Shown piece by piece: positions 31,093 to 41,713 of a stretch of 64,000 nt of DNA. A model generated the notes under the pieces. It had not been told where the DNA came from, ran no database searches, and was given only the letters and a program-made list of their open reading frames with translations. The first letter of the stretch is position 1. Each line of letters opens with the position of its first letter. Source of the DNA: Candidatus Zhuqueibacterota bacterium (GTDB taxonomy: Bacteria > Zhuqueibacterota > Zhuqueibacteria > Thermofontimicrobiales > Thermofontimicrobiaceae); assembly GCA_049322915.1 (NCBI GenBank), contig JBMOPW010000007.1, positions 1 through 64,000 of the forward strand. Reading direction: 5' to 3'. A program made the position numbers and the translations under genes.

Positions 31093-31626
31093 CTATTTCT
31101 CCCTGTCAACAAGGTACTCAGCCTCACCTTCCTCTATTCCCTTTTTTGCCTTCTTGTGTGCCCATGTCGCGGGTTGAGGACACTCACGATTTAGCCTGTC
31201 TCGCTCTTCCGAATAGACTCTGAGACGCTCCATCAAAATTGCGTTTGAATCTTCTCTCCAGCAATCGATCGACCAGAATGTGCGAAGTTTAGTCATCAAG
31301 GAATCGTAATTGTTACCAGCTGTCAGATGTGCATTCGCCTGCTCTTTAGGATTTAAGAATGTGGTAATCGACGTAAGAACAACAACGACCATGGAAAGTA
31401 TCCCAGAAAACAGTTTGACATCAGAAAACGCTAATGTCCCGGCAATACCTGCCAGAATAACGGTAGGAATGCCTACCCACAAATGCGAGTTCTGCCAAAA
31501 GCGGGCCTCCACAAAGTGACTTTTGGACGTGTGAAGGCAGTTCTCGAATAGGCGTTTGGCTTCTTTTATAATTTCTTCCTTCGGCTTTGATACGATTCTT
31601 TCGTACGATGTTGTTATTTCAGACAT
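31093..31626 (-). CDS. SLATT-domain 2-TM effector (CBASS-associated)
   Basis: H.EA..W...HLWVGIP, two TMs, TFLNP....H...GN.Y..L and C-terminal AKKGIE.GE. Lies 6 nt after the CD-NTase. Confidence 0.85.
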   Translation of the reverse strand: MSEITTSYERIVSKPKEEIIKEAKRLFENCLHTSKSHFVEARFWQNSHLWVGIPTVILAGIAGTLAFSDVKLFSGILSMVVVVLTSITTFLNPKEQANAHLTAGNNYDSLMTKLRTFWSIDCWREDSNAILMERLRVYSEERDRLNRECPQPATWAHKKAKKGIEEGEAEYLVDREK

Positions 31627-31632
31627 TTTCTT

Positions 31633-32514
31633 TCACCCATATGCTGGGAAATAGTCGCCAAAAATCATTCTCCACATATCGACAGCTTCGGCGACGTAGC
31701 CTCGGCGAGCGAAGTCCTCTGCCTTAAGTGCACATGTATGTGCCGTCTCGAACCTGCTGACTGCGTTTTTTATCTTTTCTTCAGAATTTAAATAACCACC
31801 TACGTCGTCACCATATCCAGCTGGATCTGGATTTTTTTTAGTGACGTAGTCTTTGCCCTTACCAAAAAAGTACATCACTCCAGAAGGAAAATCCGATATG
31901 GTCACATTGTTTAGAATTTGCAAAGTCATAGTCTCCAGATGGAACGACCGTAGAAATGCACTTGTTGCCCTATTCCAAGACTTAAGCATCTTCATCAAGG
32001 GGACTAAATCAGCGTTATGGTTCTGATTTGCCGCAGACCAGATTTTGATATGTTCCTTAGGGTCTGTAGAGAGCCAAGACTGTGTTATTGAGTTTGGAAT
32101 TAGGTAACCCCCGCCTTGTCGGTTGAAAGCGGGCACAACATCGACCACAAAATCTGTAAACCGGATAGTAACCGCTTGGCCATTCCTGCTGATGTCAGGA
32201 GTATTCGAGTAGGTTTTCTTCAAGACTCGTTTTAATAGATCGAGTAAACCTGCTTGACCACCGTTCTGCCCGTTATAGTTGTGAAAGTATTTTGGATCAA
32301 GAATAATGACGATATCAATATCAGCTTGTTTCAACGGAGCAATTAGAGTTTGACGTGAATATGATCCTGATAAAAATGAGTCAGAGACGGTAAGGCCATT
32401 TTCCACAGCGGTACGAACTGTTTGTTGCCTTGCCGAAACAGTTGCAGTTTGAAGATTTGTTATCTCCAAGTTTGACTTAAATGCATTGAAGGATTCTAAA
32501 ATTGTCTTTGCCAT
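31633..32514 (-). CDS. CD-NTase / SMODS cyclic-oligonucleotide synthase (CBASS)
   Basis: SFLSGSYSRQT...ADIDI, VDVVPAF, YLIP....W..TDP, K.WN, SFHLE, DPAG and W..IFG..FP motifs. Confidence 0.9.
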   Translation of the reverse strand: MAKTILESFNAFKSNLEITNLQTATVSARQQTVRTAVENGLTVSDSFLSGSYSRQTLIAPLKQADIDIVIILDPKYFHNYNGQNGGQAGLLDLLKRVLKKTYSNTPDISRNGQAVTIRFTDFVVDVVPAFNRQGGGYLIPNSITQSWLSTDPKEHIKIWSAANQNHNADLVPLMKMLKSWNRATSAFLRSFHLETMTLQILNNVTISDFPSGVMYFFGKGKDYVTKKNPDPAGYGDDVGGYLNSEEKIKNAVSRFETAHTCALKAEDFARRGYVAEAVDMWRMIFGDYFPAYG

Positions 32515-32848
32515 AGTTACTTATCACCGGTCGCACAAGTTACTCTACAGACCCCCATAACATCCCAAGACAAAAAAAAGTCTGTCCCCAAAATACAATG
32601 ATAACATGACTTGCTGTGGTTGCATGGCGTATGTTTCAGAGCATGATGCAGACCGCATCATATCCGAAATGTATGGTTACAGCGAGAACGTTTTCCTGTT
32701 ATTGCCAATACCTGGCGCCATGCAAACTCACGATGGCGATTTACAAATAACAGTATAGCACAAAGAAGTTCTCCATCGAAAATGGCCGCCCATGTTGTCA
32801 CTTTAGAAGGTTGAGCCGTCACGTAAAACTAACATTAAATTCTATTGT

Positions 32849-32878
32849 ATAATATATAAGATTTATTTTCAATGTCAA
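32849..32878 (-). promoter_or_regulatory. sigma70-like promoter pointing into the CBASS island
   Basis: Minus strand TTGACA-N18-TATTAT. Confidence 0.45.
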
Positions 32879-33222
32879 TATTTTTTTATGAGTTAAACAA
32901 AAATATACTGTAAAAAATGTTTTCTTTATGAATTTAAGAATTGGGTTTTCCATACTCGTTTCATTTTCTCAGAACATCTGTTCATGGCAATGATTATGGA
33001 GTTTCAATTCAAAAAAATGCCGGGCTGCATTCCTTTTGTACTGAGATTATTTTTTACCTGTTATTCATCTCCTCCACTATTTTTTGGAATGGTCGGATGG
33101 TCGCGACTATTTCAATTTTTCATTGCAGTATTGCATTCGATGCACACCCGACAAAAATTCATCAGGATCGGAAGGCGTTTTCATTTTTTTTTCGCGTGAA
33201 TTGGGAAGAAAAATCTTTTTTC

Positions 33223-33251
33223 TTGACAATGAAAAAAAAAAATGTTATAAT
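33223..33251 (+). promoter_or_regulatory. Consensus sigma70 promoter of the pyr operon
   Basis: TTGACA-N17-TATAAT with an extended TG. Confidence 0.85.
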
Positions 33252-33267
33252 GGGTTAACTAATTTTT

Positions 33268-33344
33268 CCCTTTAAACCCATCCTGCGAGATCGGAAAGGG
33301 GCGTATTTCTCAGAGACCTTCGCACGCCCGCAGAAGGTTTTTTT
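33268..33344 (+). ncRNA. PyrR-binding attenuator leader (binding loop, antiterminator, terminator)
   Basis: CCCTTTAA..ATCCTGCGAGAT..AAAGGG stem-loop, alternative GGGCGT/ACGCCC pairing, and ACCTTC..GAAGGT followed by a T-run. Directly before pyrR. Confidence 0.75.
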
Positions 33345-33938
33345 ATGTCCAAAAATTCGAAGGCAATGGAAAGAAAAATAAAAGCCAAAATCATCGATCA
33401 GGTCGGTCTCAAAAGGACGATACTGCGGCTCGCCCATGAAATCCTGGAGCGGAACAAAGGTTCCGAAAAGCTGATCCTTGTGGGGGTTCGCACGCGGGGC
33501 GTCTATGTGGCGCAGCGCATTTTGAAAGAGGTCGAGAAGATCGAGAAGAAAAAAATTCCATTGGGGATATTGGATATCACCATGTATCGGGATGATTTCC
33601 GGCAGCGATTGAAACAGCCGATTGTGCAGCAAACCGACATCCCGTTTGACATCGATGAAAAGACGGTCGTTCTTGTGGATGACGTGCTTTACACCGGTCG
33701 CACAACGCGCGCTGCCCTGGAAGCGCTGATGTCCTTTGGCCGGCCGGCGAAAATTCAGCTCGCGGTGCTGGTCGATCGCGGCCACAGGGAGTTGCCGATA
33801 AAACCCGACTATGTCGGGAAGAACATTCCGACCTCGATTGGCGAGGAGATACAGGTGAAAATGATAGAAGTCGACGACGATGATTGCGTGCTGCTGGTCG
33901 AAAGCCCGGCAACCGATAGCTCTAACTTAACGATATGA
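33345..33938 (+). CDS. pyrR: Bifunctional pyr attenuation regulator / uracil PRTase
   Basis: LAHEILE, LDITMYRDD, LVDDVLYTGRT, DRGHRELPI and DYVGKN. Start may be 33366. Confidence 0.96.
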   Translation: MSKNSKAMERKIKAKIIDQVGLKRTILRLAHEILERNKGSEKLILVGVRTRGVYVAQRILKEVEKIEKKKIPLGILDITMYRDDFRQRLKQPIVQQTDIPFDIDEKTVVLVDDVLYTGRTTRAALEALMSFGRPAKIQLAVLVDRGHRELPIKPDYVGKNIPTSIGEEIQVKMIEVDDDDCVLLVESPATDSSNLTI

Positions 33939-33980
33939 AAATTAAACCAGACCTGATGACGTTAACCAAATTGAATAACG

Positions 33981-34910
33981 ATGGATTTTAAACGTAAGCA
34001 TCTTTTAGGTCTCGAAGATGTTAGCGCAGAGGAAATAGCTCTGATTCTGGATACTGCCAAATCGTTCAAGGAAGTATTGGACAGACCCATTCCGAAAGTG
34101 CCAACACTTCGGGGAAAAACAATTGTGAATCTCTTTTTCGAACCCTCCACGCGTACCCGCATTTCTTTTGAATTAGCAGAAAAGCGTCTCTCCGCTGATA
34201 CCATCAGTTTTTCTACATCAACCTCTGCCGTTAAAAAAGGCGAAAGTCTTCGGGACACTGCCCAGAATATCGAAGCCATGAAAGTGGATATGGTCGTGAT
34301 TCGCCACGGCGCTTCCGGCGCGCCTCATGCGCTGACGAAATGGATCAAAGGTTCTGTTGTCAATGCCGGCGACGGGTGTCACGAGCATCCCACTCAGGCG
34401 CTGCTGGATATGATGACCCTGCGCGATATTTTCGGCGATCTCAAAGGGCTTAGGGTCGCCATTGTCGGGGATATTCTGCACTCCCGGGTGGCCAGATCCA
34501 ATATCTACGGATTGAATACCATGGGAGCAGAAGTGGCGCTGTGCGGTCCCTCTCCGCTCATTCCAATCAAAGCCGAACAATGGAAGCAGCGAACCTTCTT
34601 CGACGTGGACGAGGCGATCGTCTGGGCCGATGTCATCATGGTGCTGCGCATTCAGTTGGAGCGCCAGTCACAAAATTTCTTCCCATCGCTGCGGGAGTAC
34701 CACAACTATTTCGGAATCACCCGGGAACGACTGGAAAAAGCCGGCAAGAAAGTGACTATTATGCATCCCGGCCCTATCAATCGCGGCATTGAAATCGAAA
34801 GCGACCTCGCCGATGATAGTGAATACTCTGTCATTCTGGATCAGGTGACCAATGGCGTCGCCATTCGCATGGCGATTTTGTATCTCCTCAGCGGTGAAAA
34901 ACAGGAATAG
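33981..34910 (+). CDS. pyrB: Aspartate carbamoyltransferase catalytic subunit
   Basis: [23 protein letters not shown] and HPGP motifs. Confidence 0.97.
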   Translation: MDFKRKHLLGLEDVSAEEIALILDTAKSFKEVLDRPIPKVPTLRGKTIVNLFFEPSTRTRISFELAEKRLSADTISFSTSTSAVKKGESLRDTAQNIEAMKVDMVVIRHGASGAPHALTKWIKGSVVNAGDGCHEHPTQALLDMMTLRDIFGDLKGLRVAIVGDILHSRVARSNIYGLNTMGAEVALCGPSPLIPIKAEQWKQRTFFDVDEAIVWADVIMVLRIQLERQSQNFFPSLREYHNYFGITRERLEKAGKKVTIMHPGPINRGIEIESDLADDSEYSVILDQVTNGVAIRMAILYLLSGEKQE

Positions 34911-34983
34911 CGATTTGTCATTATAATAATGAAATGAACGAAGATTTCATACTGGATTTGAACATACACAAGCAATTTTATCT

Positions 34984-36339
34984 ATGAAGAAAAAACTCAC
35001 AAAAAGTCATGTCTCATTTGAGCAGCGCGACCGTGCTGCCCTTGTACCTGCGCAAAAAGTACTCATTCGCAATGCGAAAATCATTGGCGGTCAGCAGAAG
35101 GCCAACACCCTGTTCGATATTCTCATCGTGGATGGGAAAATTGCCGAGCTGAAACCGGGGCTCGAACTGTCCCATGATTTTGGCGGGCAGATCATCGATG
35201 CGACCGGTTTGCTTGTCTTCCCCGGTTTCATGGATTTGCACGTCCATTTCAGGGAGCCCGGGCGCGAAGATGAAGAGACCATTCGGAGCGGCGCTGCCGC
35301 GGCCATGGCCGGCGGATTTACGGCTGCCTGCACCATGCCCAATACGCAGCCAGTGACAGACAATAAAGAGATTGTGGAATATATTCAAGATCAGGTGAAG
35401 AACCATCTGGTCAAAATTTATCCCATCGCTGCCATCACGCGGGGACAAAAGGGGGAGGAGATTGTCGACATCGCCGAGTTGATCGACGCCGGCGTGGTCG
35501 CCTTCTCTGATGACGGGCGCTCTGTCGCAAATAGTCTGGTGCTGCGCCGCGCCATGGAATATGCGCGCATGTTTGACGTTCCGATCATTGAGCATTGCGA
35601 GGACAGCAACCTTGCGGCCGGCGGCGCCATGCACGAGGGATACATGTCCACAAAATTGGGGATGCCGGGCATTCCAGCCATTGCCGAAGACATCGTTGTC
35701 GCGCGAAATATCATGCTGGCTGAATACCTGCAATGCAAAATTCATATCGCCCATGTGTCCACGGCCGGCGCTGTGGAGCTCATTCGTCGGGCAAAGGAAA
35801 AAGGCATTCAGGTGACGGCCGAGGTGACGCCCCATCATTTCACGCTGACCGATGAGACAATCGGCACGTTCGATGCGAACTACAAAATGAATCCACCCCT
35901 GCGGGACAGCTTCCACATTGACGCGCTGATTCGCGGATTGAAAGACGGCGCCATCGATGCCATCGCCACAGACCATGCGCCCCATTCAGCGGAGGAGAAA
36001 GAGGCCGAGTTCGAAATAGCCCCGTTTGGCATTATCGGTCTGGAAACGGCGGTGGGACTCGTGACCACGCAACTGGTCGGGACAGGCCAGTTGACCTGGG
36101 ACCAGGTGGCTGAAAAAATGAGTCTGAATCCCTGCAGCATAGTGGGAGTTGATGCTCCGGCAATTCGGGTGGGCGAGACGGCGAATTTAACCATCATTGA
36201 TCCGGAGAAAAAATGGATGGTCGACAAGTCCGCGTTCAAATCCAGGTCGCAGAATTCACCATTCATCGGAAGGGAATTGAAGGGCAAACCTGTGCTGGTT
36301 TTTAATCAGGGTTATTATTACTCCAATGATCGCACGTAG
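34984..36339 (+). CDS. pyrC: Dihydroorotase
   Basis: DLHVHFREPG, MPNT, HIAH, KMNPPLR and ATDHAPH motifs. Confidence 0.95.
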   Translation: MKKKLTKSHVSFEQRDRAALVPAQKVLIRNAKIIGGQQKANTLFDILIVDGKIAELKPGLELSHDFGGQIIDATGLLVFPGFMDLHVHFREPGREDEETIRSGAAAAMAGGFTAACTMPNTQPVTDNKEIVEYIQDQVKNHLVKIYPIAAITRGQKGEEIVDIAELIDAGVVAFSDDGRSVANSLVLRRAMEYARMFDVPIIEHCEDSNLAAGGAMHEGYMSTKLGMPGIPAIAEDIVVARNIMLAEYLQCKIHIAHVSTAGAVELIRRAKEKGIQVTAEVTPHHFTLTDETIGTFDANYKMNPPLRDSFHIDALIRGLKDGAIDAIATDHAPHSAEEKEAEFEIAPFGIIGLETAVGLVTTQLVGTGQLTWDQVAEKMSLNPCSIVGVDAPAIRVGETANLTIIDPEKKWMVDKSAFKSRSQNSPFIGRELKGKPVLVFNQGYYYSNDRT

Positions 36340-36387
36340 CCGCATCAGATTTTCAGGGAGTCATAACCTTAAAACAAGAAAACACGT

Positions 36388-37533
36388 GTGGACCCAAAAA
36401 TGATCTCTGACCGTTCGCAGAAAATTTCTCCGTTCATCGTAATGGAAGTGCTGGAACGGGCGCAGCGCATGGAGCGCGCTGGCGAACATATCATTCATCT
36501 GGAAGTGGGCGAACCCGACTTTGATACGCCGCCGAAAATCACTGAAGCTGCCTGTAAATCTCTGACCCGGGGTGAAACGCACTACACCCACAGTTTGGGC
36601 ATTTGGCCGTTGCGGGAAGCCGTTGCCCGGCACTATTCCGAACAATACTCCATCTCTGTCTCGCCGGAACAGGTTATCATCACATCAGGTACATCGCCGG
36701 CGCTGCTGCTTGCGCTCTCGGCGGTGGTCAATCCCGGTGACAATGTGATCTGCGCAAATCCCAGCTACGCCTGCTACAAAAATTTCATCACGTATCTCAA
36801 CGCAGAACCCAATTGCGTGTTCGTGACCGAGCAGGATGGCTTTCAATATCGGCCGACTGAAATCCGGGCGAACATAAACGCGCTGACCCGGGCGATCATG
36901 ATCAATTCTCCGTCCAATCCGACCGGCAATCTCCTGTCCCCGGACGTGATGAAGCAAATTGCCGGACTGGGACCGATTGTCATTTCCGATGAGATTTATC
37001 ACGGTCTTGTTTATGGCGAGGCAGCCCATTCCATTCTTGAATTCACCGACAATGCCATTGTGCTGAACGGCTTTTCCAAATTGTATGCCATGACCGGCTG
37101 GCGATTGGGCTACCTCATTGTTCCGGCAGAGCTGGTTCGACCGATTCAGAAATTTCAGCAGAATCTGTTCATTTCGCCCAATTCGTTCGTTCAGGCCGGG
37201 GGCCTGTCCGCGTTGACCGAACATCACCCGGAAATTGAAGCTATGGTGCAGACATACAATGTCCGAAGAAGATTCATCATCGATCGACTTCGCGACATCG
37301 GCTTCGGCATTTCTGTGGAGCCCACCGGCGCTTTCTATGTATTTGCCAATTGCCATCGATTCCGTTCCAATTCATACGACTTCGCCTTCGAACTGCTGGA
37401 GAAAGCCAAAGTGGCAGTGACGCCCGGGATCGATTTCGGCGCTAACGGGGAAGGATTTCTGAGATTTTCCTATGCCAATTCGATTGAGAAAATTGCCATC
37501 GGCATGGACCGTCTGGCCGCTTATCTCAAGTGA
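36388..37533 (+). CDS. PLP-dependent class I/II aminotransferase (AspC-like)
   Basis: GEPDF, NSPSNPTG, SDEIY and GFSKLYAMTGWRLG motifs. Confidence 0.93.
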   Translation: MDPKMISDRSQKISPFIVMEVLERAQRMERAGEHIIHLEVGEPDFDTPPKITEAACKSLTRGETHYTHSLGIWPLREAVARHYSEQYSISVSPEQVIITSGTSPALLLALSAVVNPGDNVICANPSYACYKNFITYLNAEPNCVFVTEQDGFQYRPTEIRANINALTRAIMINSPSNPTGNLLSPDVMKQIAGLGPIVISDEIYHGLVYGEAAHSILEFTDNAIVLNGFSKLYAMTGWRLGYLIVPAELVRPIQKFQQNLFISPNSFVQAGGLSALTEHHPEIEAMVQTYNVRRRFIIDRLRDIGFGISVEPTGAFYVFANCHRFRSNSYDFAFELLEKAKVAVTPGIDFGANGEGFLRFSYANSIEKIAIGMDRLAAYLK

Positions 37534-37566
37534 AGTCTGGCCGAAGAAATTGGTGAAAAAAACTTC

Positions 37567-37595
37567 TTGACAATTATTTTAAAAATCTTTAATTT
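37567..37595 (+). promoter_or_regulatory. sigma70-like promoter about 400 nt upstream of the TBDR
   Basis: TTGACA-N17-TAATTT. Confidence 0.5.
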
Positions 37596-37993
37596 TTGCT
37601 TTAGCTTTTCATTGTTGATTTGGTTCAATGTTGCGGCAGTGTGACTCCTTAATTAATTCAGAGGAGGGCTCAATTTGAAAAAGCCAGTATCGGGTCATTG
37701 GAGCGATGGGGAAGAAGATTGATTGAGTTGTGACTGCGGCTCATCAGATGCGAATGTCGGTTCAGCCGGCGCAGCAGATTTTAAATAGAAATCAAATGTT
37801 CGTAATGTTATTGTAACATTTACCAGTTAAATTTTCCATTCAAAAATTTGAGTTAAATAAAGTGGTGCTCATATCCGTTATTAACAAACGTGAATCTGCA
37901 AGGGAAAGGAGGTCGTAAGGCGTTAGTTGATAGTGGTGGTACAGCGTTTTGTAATTAATTCATTTTTATTTAATAACCTTAAGGAGGAAAAGC

Positions 37994-40900
37994 ATGAGAA
38001 ATGTAATTCTTTTTTTAATTGTTACTCTCATTTGTATACCGTCATTTCTGATGGCGCAGGGAGTAACAACAGCTTCAATAAACGGCACTGTGACTGCTGC
38101 TAACGGTGAAATATTACCTGGCGCAAATATCGTCACGCTTCATGTCCCCAGCGGCACGGTTTCTGGTTCCATTTCACGTTCAGATGGTAACTTTAATGTT
38201 ACTGGTTTGCGCGTTGGCGGGCCCTACACTATTACCGTCTCTTACATCGGCTATAAAACTCAGAAAGAGGAAAATGTATTTCTTACTTTGGGTCAATCTT
38301 TAAGATTGGAATTTAAACTTCCAGAGGAAGCGCTTGAAATTGGAGAACTTGAAGTAACTGCTGAACGCAATGCCATTATGAGTGCATCCAGAACCGGCGC
38401 TACCACATCGATTAGTCGTGAGGCAGTTGCCTCTTTGCCCAGTATTACCGGTCGAATTGAGGACTTCGTACGATTAACACCTCAGTACAATCCTTCTGGC
38501 TATGGATTTTCATTTGCCGGTATGGATAATCGCCTCAATAATGTCACTGTTGACGGTTCATATTTCAATAATTCATTCGGTCTGTCCGGTCAACCCGGCG
38601 ACAGAACCGGTGTTGCTCCGATTTCGCTGGATGCCATCGAGCAGCTCCAAATTAACGTGTCACCTTACGATGTTCGTCAGGGTAATTTTGTCGGTGCCAA
38701 CGTGAATACAGTTACGAAAAGCGGTACCAACGAATACAAAGGTTCGATTTATACGCAAACCCGTAACCAGGACTGGGTAGGTACAGAAGCCAAAGATCTG
38801 GAATTTGATCCAGGTACGTTTAAATATAACCGTATTGGTATTTCTGGGAGCGGTCCAATTATTAAAAACAAATTATTTTTCTTTGTTAACTATGAAGGCG
38901 ATAAACTAACGCAACCAGGAACCACGTTTACAGCAAATACCGGTGGACAAACCGTTGCTGGTAACACTACCCGCGTGTTAGCATCGGATTTGAATGCTCT
39001 CAGCAGTTACCTGTCCACGAATTTTGGCTATGACACAGGCCCCTATCAAGGATACGATTTCGATACGCCAGCTACCCGTTTCATTGCTAAAGTTGACTAT
39101 AATATCAATGCCCGAAACAAAGTAAGCGTTCGTTATAATCACCTGGATTCAGAAACAGATGTGCTGTTATCGAATTCATCTTCTCTCGGCGCTGGCAGTC
39201 GTCGTAGCAATACAACTGGTCTGAATTTCGCCAACTCGAATTACATTATTATGGAAAACATTCGCTCGGTTGTCGGCGAATGGAACTCGATGATCGGCAA
39301 AAATATGGCCAATAATCTCATTGTTGGTTACACGTATAATGATGAAAGCCGTAAAGCTGTTGGTGAATTTTTCCCATTGGTCGATATTAAAGAAAGTGGC
39401 TCGGTTTATACGTCTTTTGGTTTTGAACCGTTTACGCCGAACAATGAACTGCGTTACAGCAGCTATCAATTACAAAACAACTTCATGCTTTATTTAAAAA
39501 AACACAGCTTAACTTTCGGCATCAGCTTGGAACGATACAAATCTGAAAACGTATTTTTCCCGGGATCACAGAGTATTTATGTCTATAATTCCCTTGCCGA
39601 TTTTTACACCGATGCAAATGATTACCTGGCAAATCCTGACAGAACCACATCGCCGGTTACTTTAGGGCGATTCCAGGTTCGTTGGTCCAATATTCCCGGA
39701 CAAACCAAACCGATTCAACCTCTGAAAGTAATTTATGCTGGCGTTTATGCGCAGGATGAATGGCAGGTCAATAAAAAACTTGTGGTCACTGGCGGTTTAC
39801 GTTTGGATGTTCCATTCTTTGGCGATACTGGTTATGAGAATGCCAATGCGGATGCATTATCCTTTATGGATGAGGATGGAAATACTGTAAAATATGAAAC
39901 CAAGAAACTTCCTGATCCCCATGTATTATTCTCCCCGCGAATTGGTTTCAACTGGGATGTTACTGGCGAACGAACCACGCAACTCCGCGGCGGCACCGGC
40001 ATATTCACCGGACGTCCGGCTTATGTCTGGATTTCCAATCAGATTGGCAACACCGGTGTGTTGACTGGTTTCTTAGATGCGTCCAACACCACGGCTTACC
40101 CGTTCAATCCGGATCCGAATCATTACAAACCAACCAGCGTAACCGGCGATCCGGCGAGTTCCTATGAATTAGCACTTACCGATAAGAATTTCAAATTTCC
40201 ACAATTATGGAGAAGCAACCTGGGTGTCGATCAACGCTTATGGTTTGGTGTAATTGGAACAGCCGAACTGATGTACAGCCGCGATATCAACGGCATTTAT
40301 TATATCAATGCCAATTTAACGAAGCCCAATGGCAATTTTGTTGGCGCTGATGATCGTCCCCGCTGGACAGGCTCCAATAGAATCAATTCAAATGTAAGCA
40401 ATGCCACTGTCTTGAAAAACCAGAATGTGGGTTCTTCCTGGTTCCTAAGCTTAGGATTGGAAAAACCGTTTTCTGATAATTGGTATGCTAAAGCCGCGTA
40501 TAGCTTTGGTGTCTCTAAAAATACGGTTGATCCCGGTTCCATCGCCTATGGTTCCTGGAGCAATAATGCTCAATCCGGAAATCCCAATGATCCGGGTGTA
40601 GCTTATGCTTCTACGTCTCCGGCATCACGCTTCATTACAGCGCTTTCCTATCGAAAAGAGTATTTCAAATTAGGCGCCACTACTTTCTCGTTGTTCCTCG
40701 ACGCTTATTCGCTGGGTACAACTAGCTACATATTCAGCGCTGATATGAATGGTGATGGTTGCAAAAATGATTTGCTCTATATTGCAAAGGACAAATCGGA
40801 AATGAATTTCCTGGAATATACGGATAAAAATGGCACCTACACCGCTGAGCAACAAGCAGACGCCTGGGAAGCTTATATAAAGCAGGATGAATATTTAAGC

Positions 40901-41260
40901 GACCATCGCGGTGAATATGCCAAACGAAATGCGGTTCAACTGCCGATGGTAATGCGCATGGATTTCAATATCACCCAGGAATTATTTGCCAGTCTTTTTG
41001 AGAAGAGGAATACACTTCAATTGCGAGTCGATTTCCTGAATGTTGGCAATTTATTAAATAAAGATTGGGGTGTCGGACAACGTTTGGTTTCTAATCAACC
41101 GTTGGTCGTTGATTCTAAAAATCCGGCCGATGCAAGCGGCAAGTCCATTTATAAATTATATAATGTCAATGGTAAACTGCTTTCAAAGACATACGAACAG
41201 ACATCAAGTATTTATGATGTGTTCCGAATCATGGTCGGAGTACGCTATAATTTTAATTAA
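37994..41260 (+). CDS. TonB-dependent receptor, Oar-like, with carboxypeptidase-regulatory-like N-domain
   Basis: Signal peptide, GLRVGGPY, plug region DGSYFNNSFGL and NTVTKSGTN, YAQDEW, SPRIGFNWD and C-terminal VGVRYNFN. AGGAGG RBS. Confidence 0.92.
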   Translation: MRNVILFLIVTLICIPSFLMAQGVTTASINGTVTAANGEILPGANIVTLHVPSGTVSGSISRSDGNFNVTGLRVGGPYTITVSYIGYKTQKEENVFLTLGQSLRLEFKLPEEALEIGELEVTAERNAIMSASRTGATTSISREAVASLPSITGRIEDFVRLTPQYNPSGYGFSFAGMDNRLNNVTVDGSYFNNSFGLSGQPGDRTGVAPISLDAIEQLQINVSPYDVRQGNFVGANVNTVTKSGTNEYKGSIYTQTRNQDWVGTEAKDLEFDPGTFKYNRIGISGSGPIIKNKLFFFVNYEGDKLTQPGTTFTANTGGQTVAGNTTRVLASDLNALSSYLSTNFGYDTGPYQGYDFDTPATRFIAKVDYNINARNKVSVRYNHLDSETDVLLSNSSSLGAGSRRSNTTGLNFANSNYIIMENIRSVVGEWNSMIGKNMANNLIVGYTYNDESRKAVGEFFPLVDIKESGSVYTSFGFEPFTPNNELRYSSYQLQNNFMLYLKKHSLTFGISLERYKSENVFFPGSQSIYVYNSLADFYTDANDYLANPDRTTSPVTLGRFQVRWSNIPGQTKPIQPLKVIYAGVYAQDEWQVNKKLVVTGGLRLDVPFFGDTGYENANADALSFMDEDGNTVKYETKKLPDPHVLFSPRIGFNWDVTGERTTQLRGGTGIFTGRPAYVWISNQIGNTGVLTGFLDASNTTAYPFNPDPNHYKPTSVTGDPASSYELALTDKNFKFPQLWRSNLGVDQRLWFGVIGTAELMYSRDINGIYYINANLTKPNGNFVGADDRPRWTGSNRINSNVSNATVLKNQNVGSSWFLSLGLEKPFSDNWYAKAAYSFGVSKNTVDPGSIAYGSWSNNAQSGNPNDPGVAYASTSPASRFITALSYRKEYFKLGATTFSLFLDAYSLGTTSYIFSADMNGDGCKNDLLYIAKDKSEMNFLEYTDKNGTYTAEQQADAWEAYIKQDEYLSDHRGEYAKRNAVQLPMVMRMDFNITQELFASLFEKRNTLQLRVDFLNVGNLLNKDWGVGQRLVSNQPLVVDSKNPADASGKSIYKLYNVNGKLLSKTYEQTSSIYDVFRIMVGVRYNFN

Positions 41261-41277
41261 TCAATTTGCAGTTACCT

Positions 41278-41312
41278 AAAAAAAAGCCGCTCTTGCCAGG
41301 GCGGCTTTTTTA
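41278..41312 (+). terminator. Intrinsic terminator, probably bidirectional
   Basis: AAAAAAGCCGCTC-loop-GGGCGGCTTTTTT. Confidence 0.85.
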
Positions 41313-41713
41313 TTGTGTTGGGTATATTCAACAGCTTGGAATCCGAATCAAACGCTGGTAATCCTGGGATAATTTGGATGACCAGGAAGGAGTTATGAAA
41401 AATTTCCAAGCTCGCTGACCCGTACTCAAAATCCCGCTGTTGACAGGGCGATATCGACCTGTTCCTGCCAGACGGACTGAAATGGTCTGACCGAGCGGTG
41501 GTATCCGAAAGTCAGGCAAATGATGTAGTCAACATACAGTCAGTCTGATTGTCCAGGGTGAATATGCACTAACGTTATCAATATTTGTTGTTACTCTCGG
41601 CCAGCTCGTCGTTCCTGTGCGCCGTCTGTGAACCCTGGCTTTCCACGGGCTGATTGTTCTATGATTAATCAGTGACCGACTAGCAAAAACCATCAACTAA
41701 CCGGTATCCAATA

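Noticed and set aside
32520..33275. Short ORFs upstream of CBASS as ancillary or regulatory genes
   Set aside because: No WYL, HTH, E1/E2 or JAB motifs. The sequence looks like non-coding or decayed DNA.
41330..41700. Riboswitch or small ORF (RBS followed by MKNFQAR) between the TBDR and ENPP
   Set aside because: No c-di-GMP, cobalamin, TPP or SAM consensus found, and the ORF is only seven codons.
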